Below are positions 17,180 to 27,094 of a stretch of 64,000 nucleotides of DNA, one piece after another (the first letter of the stretch is position 1; every line of letters begins with the position of its first letter). A program made the position numbers and the translations under genes. The stretch lies in assembly GCA_964646575.1 (NCBI GenBank), contig CAZYFT010000001.1, positions 8,118 through 72,117 of the forward strand, read 5' to 3'. This DNA is from an uncultured Candidatus Saccharibacteria bacterium. Its GTDB lineage: Bacteria > Patescibacteriota > Saccharimonadia > CAILAD01 > GCA-016700035. The notes below the pieces were generated by a model. That model searched no databases and had not been told where the DNA came from. It saw nothing but the letters and a program-made list of their open reading frames with translations.

Positions 17180-18592
17180 ATGCGCAAACGTAGCGAGTTA
17201 TTTTTTAACCTTTTATTGGTCCCGCTGGATGCCGCGGCTGTACTTGCAAGCTTTGTAATTGCTTATATTATTCGTGTTGAATATTCATTAAAGCCAACTG
17301 TTTATCAGGTGCCCGGTTGGGAATATTTGTATGCCTTAGTGGCGCTCTTGCCATTTGCAGTCTTCTTTTTTGCACTAGCGGGATTGTATCGTTACGAGTC
17401 AATGCGTAGTCGCTGGCGTGAATATTCCCAGGTTGTGATTGCTGTTTCGGCAAGTACCATGTTTTTAATTATTGTTGACTTTTTCTCAACAAAACCACTC
17501 TTTCCATCAAAGGCAGTAGTTTTTTATGGGTTTGCGCTAGCGATTGTTTTGGTGGTGGCGGAGCGTTTTATTGTGAATCTTTTTCAGCGTTGGCTCTTCC
17601 GCTTTGGTATCGGTATCCGTCAAGTAGTTGTTGTTGGTGTTGGGCGAGTTGCCGATGACGTGACATATGCTCTGCAGCGCAATCCAGGTTTTCGTTTGGT
17701 GCGTGTCCTAGAGCGCAAGAAAGATACTCTCGAAAAGCTTGAGAAGCTCGCAAAGAAGGATCACATTGACGAACTATTTATTGCCGACAAAACTCCAGCC
17801 GAGACAGATCAGCTGGAGTATATACGGTTTGCCCATAATAACCATATTGCCTATAAGTTTATTCCAAGCCTTGCTGGCATTTATCAGACGCGAAGTCAGC
17901 CGTCATTATATGCAGACTATCCGGTACTAGAAATCGTGCGAACGCCGCTTGATGGTTGGTGGCGAATCTATAAAACGGTTTTTGATTATTTAGGAGCGTT
18001 CTTGGGTGTTATTCTACTGAGTCCAGTATTTCTTATAGTGGCAATGGTGATTACGTTAACCGATGGCGGTAAGGTGTTCTACCGTCATGCTCGTATTGGG
18101 AGGCATGGTAGGGTTGTACGAGTTTGGAAGTTTCGTTCGATGTATGCGAAATATTCTACTGGAGGGGCCTTTAGTGGTAAGTCTGACTTGGAAATTCTAC
18201 GCGAAATTGGTGGTGCGAATATGGTTGAAGAATTTAAACGTGACCAAAAACTTAAAAAAGATCCTAGGGTCACTCCGATTGGACGTTTTCTTCGAGCAAC
18301 CAGCATCGACGAATTGCCACAGTTGTTCAATGTACTGATGGGTGAGCTGAGCTTGATTGGGCCACGTCCAGTCACAGAAGCCGAGCTAGCGCGATACAAG
18401 GATAAGGCACCAACTTTTCTCCTTATTAAGCCGGGGATCACTGGTTTATGGCAAGTATCCGGCCGAAACGATGTGAGCTATGATGAGCGCATTAAGCTTG
18501 ATGTGTATTACGTAGAAAACTGGAAGGCATCCCTCGACCTGCGTATTCTCTTCCGTACAATAGGGGTGATTTTTAAACGGAAAGGGTATTAG
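17180..18592 (+). CDS. Polyprenyl-phosphate sugar phosphotransferase (bacterial sugar transferase / WbaP-CpsE family).
   Basis: C-terminal catalytic domain with PGITGLWQVSGR, DELPQLFNVLMGELSLIGPRP and KLDVYYVENWS-like motifs. 4-5 N-terminal TM helices. Confidence 0.85.
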   Translation: MRKRSELFFNLLLVPLDAAAVLASFVIAYIIRVEYSLKPTVYQVPGWEYLYALVALLPFAVFFFALAGLYRYESMRSRWREYSQVVIAVSASTMFLIIVDFFSTKPLFPSKAVVFYGFALAIVLVVAERFIVNLFQRWLFRFGIGIRQVVVVGVGRVADDVTYALQRNPGFRLVRVLERKKDTLEKLEKLAKKDHIDELFIADKTPAETDQLEYIRFAHNNHIAYKFIPSLAGIYQTRSQPSLYADYPVLEIVRTPLDGWWRIYKTVFDYLGAFLGVILLSPVFLIVAMVITLTDGGKVFYRHARIGRHGRVVRVWKFRSMYAKYSTGGAFSGKSDLEILREIGGANMVEEFKRDQKLKKDPRVTPIGRFLRATSIDELPQLFNVLMGELSLIGPRPVTEAELARYKDKAPTFLLIKPGITGLWQVSGRNDVSYDERIKLDVYYVENWKASLDLRILFRTIGVIFKRKGY

Positions 18593-18598
18593 CTTACT

Positions 18599-19753
18599 AT
18601 GGCGGTCCGCGATATTGGCACTTTGCGAGTGGCGGTAGTGCACGATTGGCTTACCAACATAGCTGGTGCTGAAAAAGTGGTGTTTGAAATACTGAGAGTA
18701 TTTCCACAAGCCGAGGTATTTACCAGTGTGTATCGGCCAGAGGCGTTTGGGGATGCTTTGAAGGGGCATAAGGTCCATACATCTTTTCTTCAGAGAGTAC
18801 CTTTGGCTCGAAAGAAGCACCAGCTTTTTCCAGTTCTACGGCGATACGCCTTCGAGAGCTTCGATTTTTCGGGCTTTGATTTGGTGATAAGTTCATCAAC
18901 AGCAGAGGCAAAGGGTATCATCACTCCAGAATCTACGCTGCACATATCATATACCCACACTCCGACGCGATATTTTTGGAGTCATTATGATCAGTACCTG
19001 AAGGATCCTGGGTTTGGGGCACTTGATCCGATTGTTCGTTTTCAGCTCAAGCGCACCATCAAGGCGTCGCGTCAGTGGGATTTTGCTGCAGCGCAGAGGC
19101 CAGATGTGTTGCTGGCAAACTCTGCAACTGTGCAGAAGCGCATAGAGAAATATTATAAGCGTACTGCTGAAGTACTGTATCCACCGGTTGATACGGAGCG
19201 CTTTGCTAAGCCCCATGTAAGACCCAGCGATGCGCCTGATAGCTACTTTGTGGTTGCATCTCGCCTCATCCCATATAAACGCTTTGATATTGCCATACAG
19301 GCATCTCAGAAGGCCGGTAAGCGGCTCGTAGTTGTGGGCGGTGGCAGTGAGCTTAAGAAACTCAAAGAGATGGCCGGTGACAGCGTAATATTTAAGGGGC
19401 ATGCCACAGATAGCGATTTGGTAGCGTATATGCAGCATGCAGAGGCATTGCTTTTCCCTGGCGAGGAAGATTTTGGCATAGCTCCAGTCGAGGCAATGGC
19501 CGCGGGTACTCCAGTAATAGCCTATGCTGCTGGTGGTGCGACCGAAACTGTTATTCCTGGAAAAACTGGCGAGCTCATACCATCTCAATCAGTAGGTGCT
19601 TTTACGCAGGCTCTTAAAGAGTTTGACGCTCAAAAATACTCAAAACAGTCTTTGCAGAAACATGCTCAGAATTTTAGTGAATTGAATTTTAGTGAACGGT
19701 TGCGGCAACTGGCAGGCGAGGGGCTTAAGCGTGCAGGTTCATCTCATACGTAG
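18599..19753 (+). CDS. GT4-family glycosyltransferase.
   Basis: GT-B C-terminal motif EDFGIAPVEAMAAGTPVIAYAAGGATETV (E-x7-E). Confidence 0.8.
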   Translation: MAVRDIGTLRVAVVHDWLTNIAGAEKVVFEILRVFPQAEVFTSVYRPEAFGDALKGHKVHTSFLQRVPLARKKHQLFPVLRRYAFESFDFSGFDLVISSSTAEAKGIITPESTLHISYTHTPTRYFWSHYDQYLKDPGFGALDPIVRFQLKRTIKASRQWDFAAAQRPDVLLANSATVQKRIEKYYKRTAEVLYPPVDTERFAKPHVRPSDAPDSYFVVASRLIPYKRFDIAIQASQKAGKRLVVVGGGSELKKLKEMAGDSVIFKGHATDSDLVAYMQHAEALLFPGEEDFGIAPVEAMAAGTPVIAYAAGGATETVIPGKTGELIPSQSVGAFTQALKEFDAQKYSKQSLQKHAQNFSELNFSERLRQLAGEGLKRAGSSHT

Positions 19754-21128
19754 AAAAACGCTTGCTGTTTCTCTCGTGATATTTGGCTTATTTCTAGTTA
19801 TCACTCAACCTTTGTATAAGGTTCTTGCTCCTACACAATCGCTTCAGCTACAAAAAAAGCCGGCATATCAGCTGTATTCGGCGTTGGCACAGGCTGATCG
19901 ACCCACTCGAACCCTTCTGGTGTTTGCAAATCATGCGGAGCAACGCATCGGCGGCGGGTTTGTTGGTAGTGTTGGGGTTCTTGAGGGAAGGAACGGTTCG
20001 CTCAAGCTCGAATCGGTGCGGAGTGTGTACTATTACGATCACCGTACCGAGGAGAAGGGGGCGTTTGTTGAGCCCCCAGAGTATTTAAAAAACCTTACAG
20101 GTAATTTAGCAGCTCGTGACTCGCTTATTGCCACTGACAGTGGTACGAATGCGCGGCTTTTTAGAGATTTATTTGCACGCGAAACAGGTGAGTATATTGA
20201 TAACGTTGTTATAATTACACCAAAAGTACTCTCATTAATTCTCTATTACACGGGCCCGATTGATTTACCGGAGTACTCGTTGACGGTTACGCGAGATAAT
20301 ATTTTATCTACTCTGCAACAGGAGGTAGAAGCCGGTCAAGATAAAGTTGCAGGTAAGGATCCGAAAACTATATTAAAAGTATTGGCAGATAAGATGTTTG
20401 AAAAATTGCCTCAACTAAATACCACTCAACTAGCTCAACTAGGCGACGACGTTACGGGACTGATGCAAACGCAGCAACTCTACGCATATTTGGACGATGA
20501 AGGAGTCATGAAGGAGTTGTCTAGCTATCAAGCCCCAATCGCTAAGCCTGGTAATTTGAATACGTTACAGGTGGCTGCAGCAAATCATGCGGCAAATAAA
20601 TCCTCGCAGGCAATTGTTCAAGCCGTAAAATTCAGATTAAAGGTTGCGGATGACGGACAAGCGCGACTGCTCGTGGAGATACTTCGTAAGCATCAGTCAG
20701 ACTATGCGGGTTTCTATATAGACCCAAAAAGCGGTGGTCAGAATTTCATTGTGGGTGATGATTTAAGTTGGCTACAGATAACATTGCCGGCTGGTGCCAT
20801 GGATATTTTACCGACGGGGCTCGCGCAGCAGAAAGATCCCACCGTTTTTGGTGCAGATATACTTACAAAACCCCTTACGACAAGTTCCGTGTCGGAAGAA
20901 TTTATGCTGCCGGGGCGCTACGTCATGTCGGATGAGGTGGTGATTGATCAGACGCTTTTAGCGCAGTTTGGATGGTTTGGACAGCAGGTAGACTTTCAGG
21001 TTGAAGTACCAGAAGGATATGCATTTGCAAGGGGTTCTGATGGCGTGCAAGGTGAGGGCCACACAGCTGGTCGCCAGTTTTTTCAGATAGATGATGAAAA
21101 ACTACAGTTTGTATTCATAAAACAATAG
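19692..21128 (+). CDS. DUF4012-like membrane-anchored extracytoplasmic protein. Start uncertain; the ORF track overlaps the upstream gene by 62 nt.
   Basis: N-terminal TM, then LLVFANHAEQRIGGGFVGSVGVL resembling the DUF4012 hallmark (NAELRATGGFIGSYG). Commonly found beside polysaccharide genes. Confidence 0.55.
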   Translation: MNGCGNWQARGLSVQVHLIRRKTLAVSLVIFGLFLVITQPLYKVLAPTQSLQLQKKPAYQLYSALAQADRPTRTLLVFANHAEQRIGGGFVGSVGVLEGRNGSLKLESVRSVYYYDHRTEEKGAFVEPPEYLKNLTGNLAARDSLIATDSGTNARLFRDLFARETGEYIDNVVIITPKVLSLILYYTGPIDLPEYSLTVTRDNILSTLQQEVEAGQDKVAGKDPKTILKVLADKMFEKLPQLNTTQLAQLGDDVTGLMQTQQLYAYLDDEGVMKELSSYQAPIAKPGNLNTLQVAAANHAANKSSQAIVQAVKFRLKVADDGQARLLVEILRKHQSDYAGFYIDPKSGGQNFIVGDDLSWLQITLPAGAMDILPTGLAQQKDPTVFGADILTKPLTTSSVSEEFMLPGRYVMSDEVVIDQTLLAQFGWFGQQVDFQVEVPEGYAFARGSDGVQGEGHTAGRQFFQIDDEKLQFVFIKQ

Positions 21129-21172
21129 TGACCCTTTCGAGGGGTCACTATTGAGTCGGCTATTGTACGGAT

Positions 21173-21523
21173 TTATTTCGAATTAGCTGAAGCTTTTACA
21201 ACTGCCGAGAACGCTTGCGGTTCGCGAGCAGCAATTTCTGCAAGCATCTTGCGGTTGAGGGTAATATTAGCTTTACCTAGGTCAGCAATAAGCTGAGAGT
21301 AAGTGGTTCCTTCTTGGCGTGCAGCCGCATTGATGCGGGCAATCCAAAGTGAGCGGAAGTCGCGCTTTTTATTGCGGCGATCACGGTAGGCGTAGCTCAG
21401 TGACTTAAGTACGGCTTCATGGGCCTTGCGGTAAGAGGCACGACGAGTATGCCCCATACCTTTGGTCATCTTGAGGATTTTTTTATGTCGACGACGGGCG
21501 GTTACAGAACGTTTGACGCGCAT
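21173..21523 (-). CDS. rplT: 50S ribosomal protein L20.
   Basis: [22 protein letters not shown]...[14 protein letters not shown] is the L20 signature. Confidence 0.9.
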   Translation of the reverse strand: MRVKRSVTARRRHKKILKMTKGMGHTRRASYRKAHEAVLKSLSYAYRDRRNKKRDFRSLWIARINAAARQEGTTYSQLIADLGKANITLNRKMLAEIAAREPQAFSAVVKASANSK

Positions 21524-21720
21524 TATTTGGCTCCCAGCATTTTCTTAATTGCTTTTACATTTGCTGCTTCAACAGCATGCTCCTTCGAGTACATGCGTTT
21601 ACGTGCTCCGCTCTTCGCAATCAGCTTGTGGGTACGATAGGCGCGACGACGAAGTAGAGTACCTTTAGCGGTAATCTTAAAGCGCTTTGCAGCGGTCTTG
21701 CGGGTCTTAACTTTTGGCAT
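21523..21720 (-). CDS. rpmI: 50S ribosomal protein L35.
   Basis: [33 protein letters not shown]. Confidence 0.9.
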   Translation of the reverse strand: MPKVKTRKTAAKRFKITAKGTLLRRRAYRTHKLIAKSGARKRMYSKEHAVEAANVKAIKKMLGAK

Positions 21721-22291
21721 CTTTTTTCCTTGCTAATACTGTCGACATTTCTCGTCCGCTTAGAGCGATTGGCTGCTCAACGGTAGCTTCGTCCGTAAGC
21801 TGCTCTACAAAGCGCTCGAGAACACCGCGACCCAGATCCGGGTGAGTGATCTCGCGACCACGAAAGCGTAGGTTAATCCTTACCTTATGGCCTTGATTGA
21901 GAAATTTGCGGGCTGCCTTTACCTTAGTTTCGATATCATGCGTATCGGTCTTGAGGCCAAGGCGCACCTGCTTGATGTCGGCTTGTTTCTGATTGCGTCG
22001 ACTTTTTTGCAGGTGTTTATCCTGCTCGTAACGATACTTACCCCAGTCGATGACGCGAACGACGGGTGGAGTTGACTGAGGAGCAACCTCAACTAGGTCG
22101 AGGCCAGCGTTTTCGGCTTCCTGGAGAGCTTTCTCGAGGGAGACGACTCCGAGCTGTTCGGATTCCGCACCAATCAGACGCACCTCACGGGCTGTTATCT
22201 GGCGGTTGATGCGAATGCGCTTCTTATTAATGCTTTCAGTACTCCTGTTCGTTTGTAGCACCATCATACCACTGAACTCCGAGAAAATCAA
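21707..22291 (-). CDS. infC: Translation initiation factor IF-3. The N-terminal start is uncertain; IF-3 often uses a non-canonical start.
   Basis: INRQITAREVRLIGAESEQLGVVSLEKALQEAENAGLDLVEVAPQSTPPVVRVIDWGKYRY. Confidence 0.85.
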   Translation of the reverse strand: MIFSEFSGMMVLQTNRSTESINKKRIRINRQITAREVRLIGAESEQLGVVSLEKALQEAENAGLDLVEVAPQSTPPVVRVIDWGKYRYEQDKHLQKSRRNQKQADIKQVRLGLKTDTHDIETKVKAARKFLNQGHKVRINLRFRGREITHPDLGRGVLERFVEQLTDEATVEQPIALSGREMSTVLARKKDAKS

Positions 22292-23127
22292 TATTTTAAG
22301 ATGTCGTTTTTCTCGGTAATCATCTTGATTGAGAATTTAGCGGGCTCTACGCGGAATTTTTCAGGCAAATTTTTAGAAAAAGCTTCGCTTATGAAGTGAT
22401 GAGGAGTCTGAACATCCATTCTTGAAGCCTGTATATGAAATACATCCTCCGTAGTTTTTTGAACAGTTCTTGTTTTCAATTTATTCTCCAAGAGATTTGT
22501 GTCTTTCTCCTGGAGTTTAGTGGCGTGAATAGTGTGTCTTTTCTCGGCTGTAACTGTAATAACATGCTGTTCTCGACTAGTAATATCTTCGTGAACACTG
22601 ATTGTTACGAGTTCAACCGGAGCGTTAATGCGTAGTTCGCTCCCATTTGGGGTATAAACGAGAAAGCGGCTAGGAGCTTCAGTGGGGGTATCATTTTTGA
22701 TGCGCAAAGTATGGGTAAACCAAATAGTATCTGAGCAGACAAAGGCCTTTTGCTCAGTGATTTTGCGGGCGGCGATAGCCTGTATGGATCGCTTGAGGCC
22801 ACGCTCCATGTACGGAGCGATACGCCAGGTGAGGGCTAGCTTTTCTGGAGGAGAGATGTGAGCAAAAATTGGTGTCCCACTTTGGTGAGCATGCGACAGA
22901 CGGCAGGATTCTGAAATAATGGTATCGAGCCAAGAAAATCCTCCTAGTGCGATGATCGTATTTGGGTTTTTTGACAGGGCTTGCTCTAATTTTTGAGGAA
23001 GCTCTTTTTTGTTTGGCGGCTGAATGATGTCAACTTGCAGGCGAGCCTCAAGGGCAAGCTTTTGCAAGGACTGCACTAATTTTTGGGTGTCAAACGGTAG
23101 ATCTGGCTCTATGAAGAGGCTATTCAT
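22288..23127 (-). CDS. Hypothetical protein. Has a weak DAG-kinase/NAD-kinase-like N-terminal fold signature, probably non-catalytic.
   Basis: IIALGGFSWLDTII sits at the position of the GGDGT motif. Otherwise no recognisable motifs. Co-oriented and overlapping with infC and bactofilin. Confidence 0.35.
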   Translation of the reverse strand: MNSLFIEPDLPFDTQKLVQSLQKLALEARLQVDIIQPPNKKELPQKLEQALSKNPNTIIALGGFSWLDTIISESCRLSHAHQSGTPIFAHISPPEKLALTWRIAPYMERGLKRSIQAIAARKITEQKAFVCSDTIWFTHTLRIKNDTPTEAPSRFLVYTPNGSELRINAPVELVTISVHEDITSREQHVITVTAEKRHTIHATKLQEKDTNLLENKLKTRTVQKTTEDVFHIQASRMDVQTPHHFISEAFSKNLPEKFRVEPAKFSIKMITEKNDILKY

Positions 23128-23495
23128 GCAGTGGGCTCTCTCTTACTGTTTGGCCGTTTTAGGCGTGCATCGATTTCTGATCCAGCATCTATACTGACAC
23201 GGGGTGTAAGCAACACGCCCCGTACTTTTGCTGATTTTTTTACAACAATAGAGTCTCTTCCGGTTACTTCTCCATCTACTACGCCCAACAGGGTGACGTT
23301 GCGTGCCTCAATTGAGCCGTTAAGCTTTCCATTTTCGCTAATCTCGCAAAAACCATTCGTGGTTATCTCGCCGGTGTACTCGCCATCTATAACAATGTCT
23401 TCTTGTTCTTGAATTTTACCTTCTATCTTAGCGAGGGCAGAGAAGTAGAAGCCGGCGGTTTGCCGGTAGTCGAACGGCGATCTTTTAGCTGGCAT
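23124..23495 (-). CDS. Bactofilin-family cytoskeletal protein. Start placed at MPAKRS; the ORF track extends to 23657 in a frame overlapping the DUF4446 gene.
   Basis: Beta-helical repeat pattern IVIDGEYTGEITTNGFCEISENGKLNGSIEARNVTLLGVVDGEVTGRDSIVV. About 123 aa. Confidence 0.6.
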   Translation of the reverse strand: MPAKRSPFDYRQTAGFYFSALAKIEGKIQEQEDIVIDGEYTGEITTNGFCEISENGKLNGSIEARNVTLLGVVDGEVTGRDSIVVKKSAKVRGVLLTPRVSIDAGSEIDARLKRPNSKREPTA

Positions 23496-23979
23496 GTAGT
23501 TCGCGTGGATTTTGCTTATTGGCCTTAGCAAGGGCGGCAGCCTCTTCTTCTGATAAATTGTGGGAGCTATGTCCGTGCTGAATTTGTTTGGCATACACTC
23601 GAGTGCCGGTTCGGGCATGGATACTTGATAGTACGTAGCCGTTTCCGCGGGCATCAATAATTGCTAGGCAGAAGCTTTGATCTCCACCGGTGTCATTAAA
23701 TGGATTAAAGCGTACGAAGCCGAGGCGTGTACCAGCTTTTTCGGCTAGAATAGTTGTTTCTTTCAGGGAATGTTGGAGGTTTTCAATATCTTTTGTTTGT
23801 TGTTGGATCTGGCTAGCGTATTGATTGAGGGCACGCATTACCGGTTGGGGTTGGGCATTGTTAAAGAAAATGCCAAACTCCTTCTCGATTTTGAGTAATT
23901 TATAGATGAGCCAGCCACAGATGCTAGCTAACGCCACCACACACACAATCAAAAAGATATCCAATTCATTCCCCTTCAA
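23485..23979 (-). CDS. DUF4446-family protein with an N-terminal TM and coiled-coil.
   Basis: C-terminal GFVRFNPFNDTGGDQSFCLAIIDARGNGYVLSSIHARTGTRVYAK matches the DUF4446 core. Confidence 0.55.
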   Translation of the reverse strand: MKGNELDIFLIVCVVALASICGWLIYKLLKIEKEFGIFFNNAQPQPVMRALNQYASQIQQQTKDIENLQHSLKETTILAEKAGTRLGFVRFNPFNDTGGDQSFCLAIIDARGNGYVLSSIHARTGTRVYAKQIQHGHSSHNLSEEEAAALAKANKQNPRELHAS

Positions 23980-24053
23980 ACTTTATACTCATTATAGTCC
24001 TTCAGATAAAAGCTTGGCAAGATAAGGAGGAGACCGTAGAATAAAGGGAAATA

Positions 24054-24401
24054 GTGCAGAAGGAGGCTCGCGTGGCACGCAAAAAACAACATTTACGATA
24101 TCAGGCCAAAAAAGGCCGGATGCATACTGTGGCCTCGGCCGACGAAGTCTCAACTCCTGCTGCAGCGTCTCAAGTTGAGACTGAAAAAAGAGATAGCGTT
24201 GATAAAAAAACAATCACTAAAGAGCAAAAACAAGAGTTTACTAAGTTGCCAGAGAGTGAAACTCAGTTTGTTCGCAGGGAGATAATCTATATCGGCTTTA
24301 TCGCATTGGTACTGCTTGCTTTTTACTTAGTGATCTTTCTTGTATTCCGCTTTACAGCTGTGGATGAGTGGCTCAGTGGACTTATTCAGCTAAAAAACTA
24401 G
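24054..24401 (+). CDS. Small hypothetical protein: lysine-rich N-terminus, single C-terminal TM.
   Basis: ORF with TM IIYIGFIALVLLAFYLVIFLVF. No homology recognisable. Confidence 0.3.
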   Translation: MQKEARVARKKQHLRYQAKKGRMHTVASADEVSTPAAASQVETEKRDSVDKKTITKEQKQEFTKLPESETQFVRREIIYIGFIALVLLAFYLVIFLVFRFTAVDEWLSGLIQLKN

Positions 24402-25929
24402 CTGTTTGAGAGAGGCTTTTTCGAGTGAGCCCATTCCTAAACTGAAGAGCCTCAGAGAGGTGCACTGCTTCAATTTTTGATGATCTTTCTAAATCAGCAA
24501 TGGTTCGGCTAATTTTTAAGACGCGAGCTGCGCCTCTTTGTGATATGTGTTGTCTGCGCAGGGCATCCTCTAGAAGATTTTGCGCATCGCTAGAGGCGCC
24601 ACAAAAAGTAGTAAGTTCATGAGAGGGGATTTCACTATTTGTTGTTATTTGATGCATCTTAAAGCGGTGTGCCTGCAAGTCTCTAGCAAGCTCTACCCGT
24701 TTGAGGATCGCGTTAGATGATGTAGCTTCTGAGGCGGTCTCGAATGGACTTGTAATGGACGGTTCAGTAATGGAGCAATGCATATCAAAGCGATCTAGGA
24801 GTGGTCCGGAGATTCTGGCTTGGTAGCGGTTTATGGTGGCGGTGCTGCATGCACAAGCTTGTTTCGCGGACCCGGCGTATCCACATGGACACGGGTTCAT
24901 CGCGGCAATGAGTATGAATTTAGCCGGATAGGTGAGGGCGTTTTGCGCGCGAGAAATATGTACTTCTCCATCCTCAATCGGTTGACGGAGTGCTTCTAAT
25001 ACCGATCGACGAAATTCTGGCAGCTCATCCAGGAATAGTACTCCACGGTGCGCCAAGGTTACTTCTCCGGGCTTTGGTATTTGCCCGCCACCTACGAGTG
25101 CAACGTCGCTAGAAGTGTGGTGGGGTGACCGGATGGGTCTTGATTGAAGGTGCTGGGCACTGGGGTTATGGATGCCGTGGAGGTAGGCTACTTCGGTAAG
25201 CTCGTCTGTATCAAGTTCTGGGAGAATTGTAGGAAAAGCATGAGCTAGGAGGGTTTTACCGCTGCCGGGCGGGCCAATAAATAGCACATTGTGGCCACCA
25301 GCGGCAGCGATTTCTAGCGCTCGCTTAGGCACTTCCAGGCCTTTTATCGATGAAAAATTAACTAATGATGTTTTTTTATCAACATTTTGTGTTGGTTCAG
25401 GATTGTCTGGGCATGGGGCTTCATCGATAAGCCAGCGATACAGTTCCCGGAGATTTTTTATGCGAACCACTGTCGCTTGCGTTTTGATTGATTCTGGAAT
25501 GGGCGGGGCATCACACGCAATAATGAGAGTTTTGCATGCTACTTGTTGAGCTGAAATAACACTGGCCGCACTATCACGAGCTGGCCTCAGAGATCCATCT
25601 AATGAGAGCTCCGCAGAAAACAATATATCTTCGGGCTGTGGTGGTATTTGCTTTGATGCAATCAAGATACCAACTGCCATTGCGAGTTCAAAGCCAGTTC
25701 CGTACTTAGCAGTGTCGGCAGGTGCAAGGTTGAGAACGATTTTACGCATAGGAAATTCTAGCCCGCTATTACGTATGGCGCTTCGTAATCTTTCACGTGA
25801 CTCCTCGACACTTTTTGTGGGTAGGCCGACAAGTGATATTCCGGGCAGACCGGCAAAAATATCGGTTTCAATGGTGATGCGGTGGGGTCGCGCACCATAG
25901 TGGGTGATGGCATGTGTGCGAGCAAGCAT
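24382..25929 (-). CDS. comM: Mg-chelatase-like AAA+ ATPase, YifB/ComM family.
   Basis: Walker A NVLFIGPPGSGKTLLA, Walker B VLFLDELPEF, and an N-terminal Lon-protease-like subdomain. Confidence 0.85.
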   Translation of the reverse strand: MLARTHAITHYGARPHRITIETDIFAGLPGISLVGLPTKSVEESRERLRSAIRNSGLEFPMRKIVLNLAPADTAKYGTGFELAMAVGILIASKQIPPQPEDILFSAELSLDGSLRPARDSAASVISAQQVACKTLIIACDAPPIPESIKTQATVVRIKNLRELYRWLIDEAPCPDNPEPTQNVDKKTSLVNFSSIKGLEVPKRALEIAAAGGHNVLFIGPPGSGKTLLAHAFPTILPELDTDELTEVAYLHGIHNPSAQHLQSRPIRSPHHTSSDVALVGGGQIPKPGEVTLAHRGVLFLDELPEFRRSVLEALRQPIEDGEVHISRAQNALTYPAKFILIAAMNPCPCGYAGSAKQACACSTATINRYQARISGPLLDRFDMHCSITEPSITSPFETASEATSSNAILKRVELARDLQAHRFKMHQITTNSEIPSHELTTFCGASSDAQNLLEDALRRQHISQRGAARVLKISRTIADLERSSKIEAVHLSEALQFRNGLTRKSLSQTASFLAE

Positions 25930-25993
25930 AGCTGTGTTCCTGGTTAATTACGAACACTATACCGAACAAAAAACTACACCACAAGCTTGAGAA

Positions 25994-27055
25994 CTATACG
26001 CTTGAGCGGTACCATTCTGCAGCTGCTTCTGGGGGGATGGTGTTGATAATTATCCCGGTCGAAACTTCTAAGCCACCCCATGGAGAGACTACATTACGCC
26101 CCTTAAACTTAAAAGCTAGGCGCTGGTGGCTCACAAGCCCCTCTTCGATTGAAAGATTAAAATTAATGCTGTTGCTATTAAGCTTTTCAGCAATCTGTTT
26201 AACAAGGGGTGCTAAAGAAGCAATCTCGTGACCCTCAAGATCGCTCATATGGACTTTACTCAGTTTGGGCAGAATCCAGGCTTCCATTTGCCACTGTGGC
26301 GCATAGGGAGCAAATGAGATCCATTCCTGATTCTCGGCGATTATGCGTAAGTTTTCACGTTTTTCAAAGTGGATGATATCGTCATACGGGTCGCGGCTGT
26401 TTTCGAGAACGAATTGCTGTATAGCGTGGGCTTCAGCACGCAAGCGAGGAGGCTCAAAAGGGAGCGCAAAAATTTGTGAGTGGGCATGGGCTAGTGAAGC
26501 GCCGGCTTCAAAGCCATCATTGCGAAAGATGCTGACGTAACGGATATGTGGCATGTCATGTAGGGCCTGTGATCGGGCCCGATAGGTAAGAAGTATTTTT
26601 TCAACTTGTTCCACTGGTAGTTCGCCAAATGCAGTGTTGCGTAGTGGTGTATCAATCACGATTTCCTGAGCACCGTACGCGTCTGGGTTGTCGACGGTGA
26701 GGGCCGGGAATTTGTTTGCCACCACTTTAACTGCCCAGCCGTCCGCTTTGTCATTTGGTAGAGTGTAAACTTCTTCTTGCAGATCGAGACGGGGTGAGCT
26801 TGATGTTTCGACGAGTGGATGGTCGCTAGTGGCTGCATCGTACGGTCGGCCGGCACGTTTAGGGGCGATGAGGACATAGTAGTCATGAATATAGTCACGA
26901 CGTACCTCGGTTTTCATGCCCTCCGTATTCAGATTGAGTCGATTATGATGAGTGTCATCTGGTTTTTGCGGAACCGCAGATAAAGGGGCGCCAGTTTCCT
27001 GATGCCCCCCTGAATGTTCTGTACTGTTAAATGGCTGTGGTATGAATTCATCCAT
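25994..27055 (-). CDS. GalT-like HIT-superfamily nucleotidyltransferase (galactose-1-phosphate uridylyltransferase-like).
   Basis: HAHSQIFALPF resembles the GalT HPHGQ active-site motif. Two half-barrel repeats. The N-terminal ~50 aa are disordered. Confidence 0.5.
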   Translation of the reverse strand: MDEFIPQPFNSTEHSGGHQETGAPLSAVPQKPDDTHHNRLNLNTEGMKTEVRRDYIHDYYVLIAPKRAGRPYDAATSDHPLVETSSSPRLDLQEEVYTLPNDKADGWAVKVVANKFPALTVDNPDAYGAQEIVIDTPLRNTAFGELPVEQVEKILLTYRARSQALHDMPHIRYVSIFRNDGFEAGASLAHAHSQIFALPFEPPRLRAEAHAIQQFVLENSRDPYDDIIHFEKRENLRIIAENQEWISFAPYAPQWQMEAWILPKLSKVHMSDLEGHEIASLAPLVKQIAEKLNSNSINFNLSIEEGLVSHQRLAFKFKGRNVVSPWGGLEVSTGIIINTIPPEAAAEWYRSSV

Positions 27056-27094
27056 TGCCCTTATGATACCCGAACCAGAGAAAAAACGTAAGAG

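Noticed and set aside
16508-17193. Four ORF-track ORFs (16508..16849-, 16668..16949-, 16804..17067-, 16978..17193+) of 71-113 aa.
   Set aside because: They lie entirely within the RNase P RNA gene, which has clear conserved motifs (GAGGAAAGTCCG etc.). They are artefacts of an untranslated structured RNA.
23496-23657. N-terminal extension of the bactofilin ORF (ORF track 23124..23657).
   Set aside because: The extension overlaps, in another frame, the conserved C-terminal core of the DUF4446 gene. An internal Met (MPAKRS) gives a typical ~123-aa bactofilin with a 10-nt overlap.
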